A stretch of DNA of 63,305 nt, filler included, from Sphacelaria rigidula (Eukaryota), in assembly GCA_964200075.2 (NCBI GenBank). It is 11 parts of 11 records of this genome, joined end to end, with 100 filler letters (N's around TTAATTAATTAA, not from the genome) between each part and the next. Parts side by side here need not be neighbours in the genome. Positions count along the whole stretch, not along the records: positions 57,643 to 63,305 come from CAXNAA020025458.1; 10 more parts are not named here. One strand, given 5' to 3'. The notes beneath the pieces were generated by a model. That model saw only the letters and a program-made list of their open reading frames with translations, did no database searches and was not told the DNA's origin. Position 1 is the stretch's first letter. Each line of letters opens with the position of its first letter. Below, piece after piece: positions 62,151 through 63,305 of the stretch. The position numbers and the translations under genes were made by a program.

Positions 62151-62604
62151 CTGCAAACACGGGATCTTACACATTGGGGATGGATCTTTCATTGGGGATG
62201 AGAAACCCGGAGAATTATAATATTTGTTTCCACACCAAATCTTCGAAATATGGTTCCATTTGTTCACCTACTGATAGCTATTGACAATTGCTACACGCCA
62301 TAAAAATTTGGATTTCGATCACCGAAATGTTGGGGTCCTAGGTGGAAAACCAATTTTCGGGAATTCCGGGTGTCCGAACGGATGCCGAAATGCTTCCGAA
62401 ATTGGTTTTCCACCTAGGACCCCAACATTTCGGTGATCGAAACCTAAATTTCTGTGGCGTGTAGCAGTTGTCGATAGCTATCAGTAGGTGAACAAATGGA
62501 ACCATATTTTGAAGATTTTGTGCGTATACGAAGATCTCAAATCTCCGGGTTTCTCATCCCCAGTATAAAATCCATCCCCAATGTGTAAGATCCCGTGTTT
62601 GCAG
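62151..62604. mobile_element. Foldback MITE (near-complete 454-bp palindrome)
   Basis: ~205-bp inverted arms around a short spacer; homologous to 2879-3233. Lies just inside a lone CACACCCTGGACAA end at 62103. Confidence 0.85.
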
Positions 62605-63226
62605 TAGATGCCAATATTGTCGTCCGTAATGCCCATCGATCGTCAAGTTCATCTTTCTGTTGTCGTTGGCAATGGCTATCCATATTAGACCAGTTTCCCA
62701 CGCTCTTGTCTGGGCCGCAGTCTTATGTGGCCCTACACCGAAATCTATTGCGGCCGACCAAATGCATTGATGGTTAGCTTTACAAACCTGTCTATTGATG
62801 CCAGCTATGGCTATCGATAGACCGCGTGCCAAATCTATTTATTATGACGACGATGGCTAGTGACATTGTATACTAAATCTTTTGATTACGGCAATAATAG
62901 CTATTATTGATAGATTGCGTATAAATCTATGCACGGCGGCATTGACTATCGACAGATACATACCAGAATCTACTGTGGTACACAATGCCTACCGATAGAT
63001 ATACTCTGTCGTCTATTATTGCCACACCTACATCGCAACATACGACGTATATAGAACAACAAATTGTGCGGATTGAGGTTTAACTTCGAGATGAGGTTCA
63101 AGCCTAAAACAGTGCTTTCCCCACACTATCAGCGATGGTGCCTAATAACGTTTTTGTTGGCCCAATACCCCTCGATCGCGTAGATACTTTTTCAGCGCAA
63201 TTCACCGACTCTGTGAGCCTACATAC

Positions 63227-63305
63227 AGCGCTGACCAAAACCGTCATTTCCCCCCCTTTTTTGAGGGGGATAATATCAGGGAAAATGACGGTTTCGGTCA
63301 GCGCT
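63227..63305. repeat. Short hairpin or mini-MITE at the window end
   Basis: AGCGCTGACCAAAACCGTCATTTCCC versus GGGAAAATGACGGTTTCGGTCAGCGCT. Confidence 0.7.

Overview
This window is not a contiguous locus. It is 11 unrelated eukaryotic contigs of almost identical length (5665, 5665, eight of 5664, then 5663 bp). They are joined by an artificial 100-bp linker (44 N + TTAATTAATTAA + 44 N), so this is a size-sorted pseudo-scaffold of unplaced contigs and nothing can be inferred across linkers. The DNA is intron- and transposon-rich. The retroelement peptides resemble ones I recall from brown algae (Ectocarpus-like Phaeophyceae); this is an inference, not a search result. Supported content: (1) a decayed Ty1/copia element; (2) a decayed Ty3/gypsy element, two further gypsy remnants and related solo LTRs; (3) a LINE RT remnant; (4) five copies of a ~350-bp tRNA-derived SINE; (5) many short LINE-like 3' ends; (6) several MITE families (Ginger-like, hAT-like, piggyBac-like, PIF/Harbinger-like, foldback), some nested; (7) the 5' part of a spliced TKL-like protein kinase gene; (8) a few orphan exons. 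I see no CRISPR array, rRNA or intact tRNA gene. The best candidates for something undescribed are a SINE whose structured 3' tail shares motifs with the LINE-like 3' ends (a candidate SINE-LINE partner system), a ~210-bp Ginger-like MITE carrying a seven-unit telomeric hexamer tract, and a CACAC-ended hAT-like family with AGCT arrays around a unique core.
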